Source of the DNA: the human T2T-CHM13v2.0 reference genome, Homo sapiens
Assembly (NCBI RefSeq): GCF_009914755.1
Contig: NC_060935.1
Length of the DNA: 64,000 nucleotides
Strand: one strand, 5' to 3'
Positions 50,481 to 64,000 of the stretch are shown here, in pieces; the stretch's first letter is position 1; each line of letters opens with the position of its first letter. The position numbers and the translations under genes were made by a program. The notes beneath the pieces were generated by a model. It did no database searches. It was not told where the DNA came from and saw only the letters and a program-made list of their open reading frames with translations.

Positions 50481-51859
50481 GGCGGTAAACGGGCACAATG
50501 TCAGAGGAACATGTTGATTCCACTGAACCACAGAATGAATGCTTCTCAATTTCTCCCCACTTGTGGTGGCTTTCAGGTCCAGAGCAGGGCTGAGTTTCCA
50601 CGTGGGACTCAGGTAAAAGATGGGACCAAGAAGGTCATTATATCCTGTCTTCTTGAGTACCACCAGGCATCTAAGCTGGAGTGAGCTAAGCTGAACTGAG
50701 CAGCTGTGTGTAGGTGGAGAGAATATTCTGGTTCATCATAGGCAATAAGTTCACTAAAAGTTCCTGGGTGGATGAAGGCATCAAAGTTCAGAATGTACCA
50801 CCATCGTGAACCTCAAAGTTAATTATCTTTTCATCCAGTTTCATGTTTACTTAATTGCCAGGAAAGAAACCTGCTTTGAATGAGGTTCAGAACTCGCTGA
50901 TGAACAATGACTACTGCATTCTGAGAAATGTGTTATCATATAGCTTGGGGTGAGCTCTGTGTGTTTTCAGAGAGACAAAGCATCTGAGTTAGAGTGCTTA
51001 GTTCCCAACCACTGCTACTGGTTGTTATATTTTGTGCCTGCTACATGAATGGACTACAGATAGATGGCTTTAACCTTAGAAATCAATGATCATAACTTTT
51101 ATGGTGTGCATATGTCATGCCAGGCACTGTACTAAATTCCTTAGAATCTGATTAATGGAGGCAAGATTGTTGAACTGATTGTTGCTTTTTCCAACAAGAA
51201 CATTTTTATTCAGCAACTGCATTATTGTAATATAAGGAGAAAGTAAAAGACTTTTTATTGAAAAATGTCCAAAGCCCATCCAGGGGAAAACTTTTATATA
51301 TATAAAAAATAATCCTTAAAATTTATTTAGTATTACATGATTTCCAAAGCATTTTTATTTATGTTATCTTATTTTGTTTCCTCACGGTTCACGGTTCACT
51401 GGAATAAAAAGGAAGCCCCATGTGAAATGTGACTTTAATTAGCCTCATACTGTATTTTAAATTTTCAGAGCAGTATCTGGACATGGTAAAAAACTGACAA
51501 TTTTTGAATGAAGGAATATACTTCATTCTATTTACTTAATATGAAGTAGGAAGTGAAATATGCCATAATCAGGAAATTACAGAGAATAATAGGTTAAGAG
51601 GTAGCCAGGAATTTAGGTTTGCCTTTTCCCTTCATTATCTGACCAATTCTCTGGTCTCGCATAAGAACTTAAACTCTGACTCCCACTGGCCTCACTAATT
51701 AAACAAATAGATAATGGCGTTTAACTCTGTCATGTAGATTAACAAACATGGAAAATGTTTAGCACAAGGTTTGCACATATAAGATGTTCAATTAATATTA
51801 GTGTCCCTTCCTCCCTCTTCCCATAGGAGAGATACAAATAAATTGTTATGGGATTTCAG

Positions 51860-52010
51860 AGGAATTTAGATATTCAATTTTATTATATGAAATCTGAGGT
51901 TGTTAAGACATTAAATAATTTGCCTGAAGTCACTTAGCTAAGTAAGTAGGAGAGCTGGAGCTTGTTCTGAGCTCTCCCAATATTAGATTATTGCTACTAC
52001 AACTGTACCC
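51860..52010 (-). mobile_element. MIR fragment
   Basis: gaaatctgagg...taatttgcctgaagtcacttagctaagtaagtaggagagctgg. Confidence 0.7.
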
Positions 52011-53734
52011 TATGGACCCTATAGTCCCAGAGTTGGGACTCTACTTGAAGCATCCTAAATGTGAGTATATATCCCACTATCCAATCAGAAAGACAATCTT
52101 TTTTCTAAGAGAGATAGGGGATGAGGATTAGAGATTCATAAGGCCATTAGACTCTCCTGGGAACATACTGTTACCTCCAAAGGAGATCCCTGCGGAAACC
52201 TCTGAAATATTAATTCAAGCAAAATTATAAGCTTATTTGTCCTCTGCATGGCTCACATAATACAAATTAGAATTCTCATGTCATGAGTTTGGGAACCATG
52301 GAATTCATATAAAACATGTTTATTATTTTGCATAATGAAGTATGTCAACCTCCATGGAAATTAAAATAACTAATCATCTCTTATCAATGACATTCACATG
52401 CCGTTATACCTCCACTGAATGTCAGTTCTTTTCATGCCTGGCACAGATCCGCATTACCTTGATCTGACAGTAGGCAGCCACATAGGTTTCAAGGAAGGAG
52501 ACATTAAAAGGTATCCACTGATTGAGCTATGGCTTGTAACCAACTGGCAATCAAGATACACGATACACTAGAGGACAGAACCCAGGCACTCATGGTAAGA
52601 AAGCAAATGACTACCAAGTACACATGAAAGGGCAATAATTTTCTACATGACAGCTTTCCACAGATTGTTTCCAAAGGGAGACTTGCTCATTGGAGTGGAA
52701 ACTGGGATAGTCACCGCCTATCTATCCATGTAGTGTGTTTTCTGGCACAAAAACGAAAAGAGATAACTAGTGATAGGCAACAATGAGTAGTTTATAAAGT
52801 ATTTTGGCATGATAGTCAACATTTCCTAGGTTTGGGCTAAATTCTCAGAAATGCCTACATTGTGTTTCTATTTTAATCCATGATGAGTAAGAAACTGAGA
52901 TGCAAAGACACTATGTAATAAGTACTTACTTATTCAGTCAATCCAATGACAGGGAGCTGACTGGATGCCAGGCGAAGCATGTGGGTTCAGGGGAAGCAGA
53001 TGAATAAGTCACAATCACCGTCCTAATGGAACCCATCTTCTAACTGAGATGTCACCACCACCCCCACCACCAACAACAAAATTCTTACCACATTCTAAGG
53101 TTCTCTTAAGAAAACAGCCACAGATACAAATATCATCAATTATAATCACCTAAATAATATGCTAAAACTACAACTCAAAACCAAAAAATAAAAACAAAAC
53201 AAAAACACTGGGTGTAAATAGAAGTTTTGGCTGAAACAGCAAAGCAGTAATCTTGTGCCAAAAGAAACCCTACTTTAAAAAAATGATATCTATGAAGTGC
53301 TGAGGCAGCCATTGCCTACAAATCTTACTTCCTAGCATTCTTAGAGCATTACAGAGTTTTCAAAACACTCTCTTATATATTATCTTTCTTAATCCCCACA
53401 TGTCAGGTATTATTTTCTTTACAATATCAAAAAACTTATTTGTAACAAAATCAATTACAAATAAACTGATTTGTACAAGGTAACAGAGAAAGTAAATACT
53501 GAGACTGGGGTTGGATGCAGGTATGTGAGGTGTGAGGGCCAGGTACAGTGCTTTTGTCCAATACACTGAAGGATGAGTTGCTTAGACACATAGGGTCAAA
53601 GCTGCACCTAGAACCTACAGTTTATGCTTCTTAGCCCCAGGCTGCTGGATTCTTACCTATTGTTTAATTCTTAGTAACTTGTTTAAACATAAAGGATGTT
53701 CTTTTGCAATAATTTTAACATCTTCCAAACATAA

Positions 53735-53960
53735 TTAAGTGGTTAAGAGCTGAAGTAGGGAATATCAAATCTGATGTGAAATTCCAGCTCTGAGACACTA
53801 CCTAGATAATTTACTTAAACTTTTTGAAACTCACTTTTCTCCTCTATAAAACTGAATTGTAATGTCTGCTTCATAGGGCTGTTACAAGGATTAGATGAGA
53901 TATTAAGTGCCTAACATAATCCCTGATAATGGCAGATTTCAGATTGAAGAGCTATTTAAT
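53735..53960 (+). mobile_element. MIR SINE (near full length)
   Basis: agtggttaagagc...aattccagctctg...atttacttaaac...tcatagggctgttacaaggattagatgaga. Confidence 0.85.
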
Positions 53961-54324
53961 AAACAACATGGTAGTAACAATTTAGTAGCTCAAATTTGCA
54001 CAGGACTCAGAAACTTCACACTTTTTACAACCCTATCCCATGACCTTTACTCTAAAGAGGTGCTAACACATAAGTATTGTGCTATATATATTACAAGTGG
54101 GAAGCTCTGCATAATCTACAGATTCATAACAATGCCAAAACTGCTATACTAAACTAAAAGATACTTGCCATCTTAATGGATATCTTGGATGAAAATGCTT
54201 TACTGGCTCAAATATAATGCAAAGATTAACAGTTTTTACTTTACTTAAAAGTCTTAGCTTGACACTAAATATAAATATTTGCCAGGTTAGCAGATCAAAG
54301 CAGATACTTACATTTTTTTCACTG

Positions 54325-54420
54325 TTCTCTCTTTCTGTCTCTCTCTGTTTCTCTCTCTATATATTCCTTCCTCTCTCTCTCTCTCTCTCACATGCACACA
54401 CATGCATATATGCTCACACA
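54325..54420 (+). repeat. (TC)n/(CA)n compound simple repeat
   Basis: ctctctctctctctctctctcacatgcacacacatg. Confidence 0.85.
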
Positions 54421-54554
54421 TAGATTAAGCACTTAATTTTAAATTATATCTGCTTGTCTGGCATAGGAGGTAAGATTGTAGACACTAGAGTCAGGTTACT
54501 TCCGTCTAAATCCATTCTATGCCCCTGAGAAGTTGTCTGATCATGGGCAAGATT

Positions 54555-54865
54555 ATCCATTCACTCATTCATTTATCTATTCATTTATTTAAAATAATTA
54601 CTGATGATCTACATGTCAAGAATTGTATTATTTTTCTGGAGATACGGAGATGAAAAAAATAGACAAGATCCATGCTCTCAAGGAGAATACATTCAGGAAG
54701 GAAAGACACAAGTAAAAATAAACAAACAAAGCAATATCAGGTTGTGATAAAGAAAATAAAATAAACATGGTCGTATGATAGAGCGAGTTGGAAAGGTACC
54801 ATTAGACAGGGTGGTTATAAAAAACATGTTGGAGGAAGAACATTCTCCTGTGAGCTCAATTCTCT
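54555..54865 (-). mobile_element. L2 3' end
   Basis: cattcactcattcattta...ctggagatacggagatgaaaaaaatagacaagatccatgctctcaaggag. Confidence 0.75.
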
Positions 54866-54941
54866 CCTGATTAGATAGCTGGAAGGGATAAATGACAGTT
54901 GTCACCCAGGCATGCTACAGACTCTATTTACACACAGATGA

Positions 54942-55320
54942 TGTCTCAGCCAAGGTTATTTGGTTGCAAGAAAAAAAAAAAAAAAGCAAACAACAAATGG
55001 CTTTGACTAAATTAAGGAAAAAATAAATCTACTGCTGGAGAATTTGATAGCTTAAAGAATCAATGAAAACATTATAAAACTAGGTTCAACCACAGGCAAG
55101 TAAATCACCTGGGGTCTTGATAGAAGAAACTGCCTAACATCTATCTATTCAGAGCATTTTCTCATCCTTGCATTCTCTATAATCTGGCTAGGAAGTGTAA
55201 TCTAGCTTTCGTCACCTAAATTCACTTTGCCTAAGGCAGGATAGGACACCAGCATTTCAGAGCTCCAGAGCATCTAGGAAGTGTCCCTGTTTTGAATTGG
55301 AGACAAAAAAGTAGAAGATA
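54942..55320 (-). mobile_element. Old MLT1 (K/L/N-like) LTR
   Basis: tgtctcagccaaggttatttggttgcaag...ctaaattaaggaaaaaataaat. Confidence 0.5.
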
Positions 55321-55903
55321 TGTGAAGGCATCAATGCCCTCAAATCTCAAGGTCCAAGGTACACTGGGATCAGAAACCAGATAGATAATTTAAAAAGTAA
55401 TGGATCCCAACACAGTGTAGTATAAATATTGAGATCATGTCTCATGCTAACCAATTTTTCTATGCAGAGAGAAACTCACCCTAAAACAGTTCAAAAATTC
55501 TTATTTCCTTATCCAGGTGATATTTTATATGGCAATTCACAAATATATTGTCAAGGACCCTACAATAATTCTCACTTATATGAAAAAAAGTTGATTATAT
55601 GTTGAATTTGGCTCACCTGACTTTAAACAATATGGTTTTTGACAAGTGCACATACCCCATCCCCTGAACTCAGTTTCCTTTGTTGTTTGACTCATAATAG
55701 GTTGTCAAACAGAAGGTAGTAATAGAAGGATGTGGATTTTTCTACTCTTATACTTCTTCCCACCCAACTACTCCAATATGGGGAATATAAGCTTCCAAAT
55801 ATAAAACTTATATTTTAAGCTTTTAATTATGAAGAACTTCAAATTATACAAACGGTCACTTATTTCCTAAGTAGATTCTGAAATGTTTACATAAGAAATA
55901 GTA

Positions 55904-56204
<301 letters not shown>

Positions 56205-56618
56205 TTTATTACCCATTATGGAATTAGAATACAAATACTTTGCTTACATCGTTGAGATTTTGTGAGAAACAGTCAGGTATATGCAGCTTACTGTAAACTT
56301 TCCAGTACAATGCAAATATAAAGTAGATTATTCTCTATAATGAAAAAAAATGGATTAATGTTCTCTAAATTACATTTTAGTTCCAAAATTATCTTCAATG
56401 GTATGATATAATTATCTGATCAAGCCACCAAAAGAGTAATTTGTTAAAGGAAAATAAATGATATAGTAGAAAAACCATGTGAATAAGGGTAGAGGATTTT
56501 TTTTTAAGCTTTAAATATACTGATGCCCAGAAGACTTCTAGTTTCACATCCTGCTTTTTCCCCCAAGCAATGCTGTGAACCTTGGGCTGTACACCCCACT
56601 TTGCAGTTTCATCTGTAA

Positions 56619-57295
<677 letters not shown>

Positions 57296-58323
57296 GAACC
57301 ATTTCACGACAGCCCAGGTTATTTTCTTAAAATTCTCTGAACACTTTCTAGTGAGTGTTTACTTATTTCACTATGTAGGTCTACAGATTATCCAGCCCTT
57401 TAAGGATCTTACTTTTTAAAATGGAAGGCATAGAAGTAGGCAAATATGCAAGGGGAGAAAAAGAAAACAAAAATCAAAACTAATAAAAATCTGGACAATA
57501 AAGTAAATGCATCATCACTCATATTTCCAGAGGAAATGCTACATGGAGAAGAAGGTCAGGGATAAGTGCCTAATTAGAATAGACAGAAAGGAAAAGAAAA
57601 ATAGAGAACTAACAAAAACTGACTATGCTAAGTGGGACTGAAGAGATTCTCTTGTAATACATTCTAAAAATCTTCCTGGAAGTGGTGTTTCTAATAATGA
57701 TTTGAAGGATAGCAGTAAATGTTAGTGGTATAGAACAGAGGTGTAATCTGTTGGAAAAGTGAGAGCAAGAGGTAATACAATTTCTTATGGAATAAACCTT
57801 TGCATTGGTCTCTTTTGGTAGACTAAGAAAACGCTCGAAGATAAGAAAACTGCTTTATTCATGTCTGAATACCCAATACTATTTCATAGGGTTGTCTGGG
57901 GGTCAAATTAGTTACTATGTGTGAAAGACCTAATAGTGAGCTTGGCAGAGTAGACACATAATAAATGTCCCTAGATTACATTTTGGGGAAAGGTTGATGC
58001 ATAAAGATCAGAACAAATGAGTGAAGATGATTTGAAGCAGGTGAATTCAATGTCAAAATTAAACTGTTTCTAACACAGCCTGCTAACCAGGACCCCTCAG
58101 TCCTCCAGTGGAAGGGTAGTCTGCTGCATGTTTCTTAGGACCAAGCTTCTTGGCTTTCCATAGAGTGTGCCACAGACATTTTCATAGGAACAGGTGAGTT
58201 GAGAGACCTCTGTGGCCAAGCTACCCTCATTTCCAACAAGGCAATCTGTTCTTGCCACATGTTCCAGCTCCAGGGCTAGATTGCCTGGTAAGTTAAAATG
58301 ATAGATGGTCCTTAAGAAAAGTC

Positions 58324-58333
58324 TGAGTCAGCA
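58324..58333. promoter_or_regulatory. AP-1/MARE (CNC-sMaf/ARE-like) motif
   Basis: TGAGTCAGCA; the extended site at 58321-58333 matches T-MARE TGCTGAGTCAGCA at 11/13. Confidence 0.35.
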
Positions 58334-58669
58334 AGTTCAACAGTATATGCATTTGTCTTAGAATTTTAATAAAAACCCAGACCTACTCAAAAACTAGACC
58401 TCAGTGAAGAAAGTGAAATATTACCCTGTAAGCATCACTGCATCATTCTTAACTTCATAACAGATTTGAATGACGACTTTACATTTTGTGGCTTCTCAAT
58501 GTTTATTCCTTCTTAGCTTCACAAGCACTGTGTACAGAGATTTCTATGTTCTTTTCCCTACACTGCACTCTGATGAATTGGAGTGTGACTTTGAAAATCT
58601 GTCATGTCCATCACTGAAATACGGATGTAGATATTTTTCCCAACACAGCTTTAATATTATTGTTGAAAA

Positions 58670-58870
58670 TAATAACAAAAATAGCTGTTACCATTTGCTG
58701 AGCAATTACTATAGACCAAACTGTACATGTGTTATCTCATTTAGGAACTATGAAGAAGTAATATTACTCTAATTTTACACCTAAGAAAACTAAAGCTCAG
58801 AGATGTACACCAAAGCCCAAGTTTTAAACTCATTTTTTTTGACATTTAAGCCCCTGTCTTTCTACTATCC
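58670..58870 (-). mobile_element. MIR SINE
   Basis: ccatttgctgagcaattactatagacca...attttacacctaagaaaactaaagctcagaga. Confidence 0.75.
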
Positions 58871-59889
58871 TCTTCTACAAAGGGGTGAAATGTTTCAACA
58901 ACTTACTTAAACATTAACTTCCATCAGATAAATCACATACATGATTATTTGTATTAATAATGCCAAATCCTACCTAACTACTAAGTGTTTGGCTTATTAG
59001 AACCCATTCTGGGTATTACTAATTCTCAATTATTAATGGCATCCCTTTTATTATCAAACGCTGTTACCACTAGATATTTTAGTTCAGCATGTAAAACCTT
59101 ATTACTTATTTATCAAAGATACAATTTAAGCCCTACTTCAAAGATAAAACCTGAGATTGTGCTGACCTAATTGCCAACATTCTTTTTCATCTTCAGAGTT
59201 TTTTCCCTAAAACCTAAAGTTGATTAATAAGTAAAGTAAGAAATTGTGTAATTTTTTTTTTCTAGGCATTTAAACTAACCTTCTTAAAAAGCCATTTTTA
59301 ACATTGAAACCTTCATGTGGCACCAGTGCTTGTTAGAAATACAAGTAATGACCCAGAGGATTATATATAGACAATGGAAGCTGACAGTTTGACCTTTAGC
59401 TGATAAAAAGTCAATGTGTTGACTCCATGTTTTAGCAGCAACATCTATATATTGACTCTAAAACTTGATGGCTCTTTGACTGAATCATCTATTTGCAAAT
59501 AAGTTCAAATATACCCTTCCCCCAACAGAAACTTGCATACAACTATATATAACACAAATATTTGCTCGTATTGCTATGTAATATTATGAATAGTGTGTTT
59601 TCCATTCACTCTTTTATATTCTTTTACGTCAAATTAGTTCAAATTGCCAATGGATAGGAGCACTGGACTTGGATTCATGAGAACTAGCTTCGTTGGTGCC
59701 TTTCTAAATGATACTTAATCTTTCTATACCTCAGTTATGACCCTGGTGATATAGTAGTATTAAAATGTATCCTATTTATTTCAAACAATCAGTAGTTCTG
59801 TAGCAATGCAACAATGGTAGGCGACCCTTCCCACAAATTTGGTATAAGGTATCATAATATAATAAGTGAAATGTAAATTTTAGCTTTTA

Positions 59890-60320
59890 AATTAAAAGTA
59901 GCATTCTATGAGCGTATACTGTATACTAGCTATTGCATCAAGTACTTACATATATTATATGTAACATCTCATTTGTCTTCACAAGAATCCTAAGAGATAA
60001 GTGCTTTCTCCATTTTTGTAGTTAGGCAATCTGAGACTTAACAAGGTTAAGTAATATATTTGGGACTACAGACCTAGTAAAAATCACTGCAAGTATTGAA
60101 TGAGAGACACTTAATTTTAATTCCAGTTCTATAATTTACTAGTTAAATGGCTTTGAGCAAGTGTTTAAATGTCTCTCAACAACATCAGGTTCCTAATTTG
60201 CAAAATAAGGATGCCAACATCTGCCTTATAGAATTATTGAAGGAATTAAATGTGATAAGATGTTTCTAGGCTAGAATTAATATGTTCAGCAATAAAAATG
60301 GTAATCATTATTACCATTAT
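59890..60320. mobile_element. Head-to-head MIR pair (minus ~59890-60090, plus ~60095-60320)
   Basis: atctcatttgtcttcacaagaatcctaagagataag...ggttaagtaa; ttccagttct...ctttgagcaagt...tgcaaaataagga. Confidence 0.75.
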
Positions 60321-60639
60321 TTAATAGTAGCAATAGTAAAAAGAAATGTGACATCTTCATACACCTTAGAATACAGCTTGCATTTATCAAGGACATATGG
60401 GGAACAAGAAATCTCTTGGGTATATTTTCAAGATTAGAATGAAAAACAAAAAAATGTAAGATGTATTTTATAGTTCAATCTCATACATCTTAGCTTAACT
60501 TTCTGGGTTGTAGTAGGCCGAAGAAAGTTCCCCTAAAAATGTCCACATTCCTGAAGGTTATAAATTCCTGAAACCTGTAACTGTGTTACCTTATATGACA
60601 GAAGTGGCTTTGCAGATGTGATTAAATTAAGGACCTTGA

Positions 60640-60994
<355 letters not shown>

Positions 60995-61043
60995 CTCAGT
61001 TCTTAAAAGAGTCAGTAAAAGATATGTGAGGACGGAAGCACAG

Positions 61044-61099
61044 TCGGAGAGAAATTTAAGGATGCTATGCTTCGGAGAGAAATTTAAAGATGCTATGCT
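61044..61099 (+). repeat. 28-bp tandem duplication inside the MLT1D
   Basis: tcggagagaaatttaa(g/a)gatgctatgct occurs twice, one mismatch. Confidence 0.95.
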
Positions 61100-61744
61100 T
61101 CTGGTTTTAAAGATGGACAAAGAGGCCATAAGCCAAGGAACATTCTAGAAACTTCATCTAAAAGCTGGAAAAGGCAAGGAAACTGATTCTTCCCTCAAGG
61201 CTTCAGAACATAGCCCTTCAGATACCTTGATTTTAGTCCAGTAAGGGCCATTTTGGACTCTGACATCCCAAACTGTAAGATAATAAATTTGTGTTGCTTT
61301 ATACCATGAAGCTTGTGGTAACTTTTTAAAGTAACAATACAAAACCAATAAAGGAGTGGTGGGTATTATAGAGCGAATAATATTTATATGTGTAGTATCT
61401 GAAAAAAAGAAGAGGAAAATGTAAGAATTTGTTGGAACCTCAAGAACTGCCCAGAAGAGATGATAAGTCAGCAGACTACTGGCAATGACTCTGCTTCCTC
61501 AGCCAGTCTATCTTCAGTGGGGACAGACAACCATGGGGCAACCATGGCTTAAAGGTATTAGTTGGCTAAGGTCATTCTACTTCCCTTGCTCTAATTTTCT
61601 GCTCATTGTATAATCCTTTTATTATAGCTTAGTTTCCAAAGTAGACATTTCTACTGAAAAGATAAATTTGCCAATAAAATTTTCTTCCAGCTTAGCACCT
61701 CTATTTCTCACTGCAGATTAATTAGTTGGCATCAAGTTTCTATA

Positions 61745-62050
61745 TACTCATTCACTCATATCGTCAATGAATATTCATAGAGCACTGTCAGGTACAGTGC
61801 TATTACAGATACAGAAATAAATCAAATATAATTCCTACCTTCAAGGAGTTCACAGTTTAAGGGAGAAACAGTTAAAAGAGTCATAAATTAGCAGTCACAG
61901 TTCAGCATGGTAAATGCTAAAATATAAATAAATAATGTGTGACCAAAGTGCCAGGAGAGTAGCTAACTAATATTTGTGGGAATCTGGGAAGGCTTTGAAG
62001 AGAAGTGATGAGATTTACTGAGATTTAAAAACTTATTAAACAGTTTAACA
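61745..62050 (-). mobile_element. L2 3' region
   Basis: tcctaccttcaaggagttcacagttt...atctgggaaggctttgaagagaagtgatg. Confidence 0.75.
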
Positions 62051-62147
62051 TGAAGTGCTACTTTAAACATGATGACTTCTGGATATACAGATAAAATTGA
62101 GCCCTTACTTTTGTAAAACTGAGTACTAGATGCTGATAAATAAAAAC

Positions 62148-62516
62148 TGGGCATCCTTGTCTTGTTCCAATTCACAAGGGGAATGCTTTCAGCTTTTGCC
62201 CATTCAGTATGATGTTGGCTGCAGGTTTATCATATATGAACCTTATTATTTTGAGTTATATTCCTTTGATGCCTAGTCCGTTGAGAGTTTTTCATCACGA
62301 AGGGATGCTGGATTTTATTCAAAGTTTTTTCTATGTCTATTGAGATGATCATAAGCTTTTTGCATTTAATTCCGTTTATGTGGTGAATACATTTATTGAC
62401 TTGCATATGTTGAACCAGCCTTGAATCCCAGGAATAAAGCCTGCTTTATCACGGTGTATTAACTTTTTGATGTGCTGCTGGATTCAGTTTGCTAGTTTGT
62501 TGAGGATTGTTGCATC
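62148..62516 (-). mobile_element. Isolated primate L1 (L1PA/PB) ORF2 reverse-transcriptase fragment
   Basis: Minus strand encodes [21 protein letters not shown] and GTRQGCP, which are ORF2p RT motifs; frame disrupted. Confidence 0.9.
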
Positions 62517-62619
62517 CTTTAAAATAATCTCAGATCTAAAAATGTGAAACTTTATTAAGTGATTCTTTTTCTGCTCTAGTTTATGCTTAGCAAACAAGGT
62601 GACAATATTTGATTTCTTT

Positions 62620-63525
<906 letters not shown>

Positions 63526-63539
63526 CACAGGAATATGGA

Positions 63540-64000
63540 CTATATGGACTTCTATAAATGACTGACCGTCTTACTACCAATGTATAAAAATTAGGCACAA
63601 AATGTGGAAATAAATATTTTAAATACATAGCTGAGCGCAAACACAAGAATTGGAAATCTCTGGGTGAAAGAAATGTAGCAGACACCTGAAGGCAGATCAA
63701 TCAACTTATAAGCTAGTGCTAATATATATGAACTAAATAAACCGTAATAACTCAAAACTGGAGTTTTAATGCTCACCTGAGGATAAGAGATATATCATAC
63801 ATTTGAAACTGTGACCTTGCATAAAGTCTGAATTCTGGAAAATGTCTCCTTTAGATAAAGGGAATTAGAAAACCTGTGACCTTGTCCTAAGAAGCAACAA
63901 ATAAGATGGCCTCTACTTTAAATTTAAAAAGTCTTTCAAGGAAATTACAATCCTCAAGCAAATTTCTCCTGTGAATATGTATTCCAAACTTACTGTTCCC
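63540..64000 (+). mobile_element. Possible old L1M 5'-region fragment
   Basis: Loose resemblance to L1ME 5'-end consensus (aaaactggagttttaatg..., tcctcaagc...tccaaacttac). Confidence 0.3.

Overview
AT-rich, CpG-depleted primate genomic DNA, most likely human: it carries an AluYa5 with all five diagnostic bases. I see no CpG island and no convincing protein-coding gene or RNA gene. The listed ORFs are Alu-, microsatellite- or chance-derived. The window looks like a large intron or an intergenic stretch densely filled with old retroelements. These include many MIR and L2 pieces, L1M/L1P fragments, MaLR LTRs (MLT1, THE1), a deleted MER4-group-like ERV with a tRNA-Arg PBS, hAT/Tigger DNA transposons, eight Alus and one FLAM-like monomer. 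I cannot identify the locus. Repeat subfamily names come from recalled consensus sequences, and boundaries of old elements are approximate. I found no evidence of a new biological system. The most notable items are: (1) a 169-bp local copy, about 85% identical and 1010 bp from its source, apparently inserted into a MIR; (2) a FLAM plus L1 3' end enclosed by one 16-bp TSD; (3) a candidate polymorphic AluYa5; (4) a 300-nt pure pyrimidine tract between inverted Alus; (5) an isolated L1 RT fragment with no tail; (6) a few candidate cassette exons and TF motifs in repeat-free intervals.
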